From the NCBI GenBank assembly GCA_002633005.1, contig NMRA01000286.1:293259-357258 (forward strand): a stretch of 64,000 nt of DNA, in the 5' to 3' direction. The translations under genes and the position numbers were made by a program. This DNA is from Phoronis australis. Lineage: Eukaryota; Animalia; Phoronida. This document shows, piece after piece, positions 63,703-64,000 of this stretch (positions are counted from its first letter, which is position 1; each line of letters starts with the position of its first letter). The notes beneath the pieces were generated by a model. The model worked only from the letters and a program-made list of their open reading frames with translations, did not search any database and was not told where the DNA came from.

Positions 63703-64000
63703 CTAAGTTTGAGTGCTGCCACTGTTACTGTGATACGCTACACTGTAACCAGGAATGATTAGTTCATTATCAAGGTCGTCTTTGGTAACATTACAAGTTT
63801 CACAAAGAGCGACAATCATATAATCGTAAGACAGAACAAAGTTTTTTAAAAGTTGGAATCTGGAGAAATTGTTGGATTTAATGCTGTTAATATTTGAAAA
63901 TAAGATTTTAAAGGTAGTATTGTCTTCAGGCCCAGGATTTTCTTCAACATCGCCAGCTAAAAGGAGGCACATGCCAATGACGATTCCGTAATCCATACAG
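63703..64000 (-). mobile_element. Non-LTR retrotransposon ORF2 N-terminus: 2A-like peptide plus start of the APE endonuclease, in Dvl intron 2
   Basis: CLLLAGDVEENPGP, then FKILFSNINSIK (APE motif I), MIVALCET (APE catalytic Glu motif) and LIIPGY; frame open to the window edge, stop at 63703. Confidence 0.85.

Overview
AT-rich, intron-rich animal (invertebrate-like) genomic DNA, not prokaryotic. Three spliced protein-coding genes were reconstructed by hand. (1) A complete cytosolic alpha-mannosidase MAN2C1 (GH38) on +: 29 coding exons from 6000 to 37309, about 1055 aa, with one GC-AG intron. Exons 12-13 appear twice around an N-gap, most likely two haplotypes assembled in tandem. (2) A complete CUEDC2 on -: 6 coding exons from 47166 to 40918, about 288 aa, convergent with MAN2C1. 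(3) The first two DIX-domain exons of Dishevelled on + (52763-52923, 62000-62069), divergent from CUEDC2 and running off the window. The rest is mostly transposon debris and minisatellites: a decayed non-LTR retrotransposon, a Helentron-like family with repeated CTCF-like motifs, TTAA-flanked Kolobok-like elements (one a foldback with a THAP-like start in both arms), hAT-type MITEs and tRNA-like SINE heads. At the right edge is a LINE endonuclease N-terminus preceded by a perfect viral-type 2A (StopGo) motif, GDVEENPGP. No CRISPR, rRNA or intact tRNA was found, and I cannot support a clearly new multi-gene system. All family assignments come from motif recognition, not database searches.
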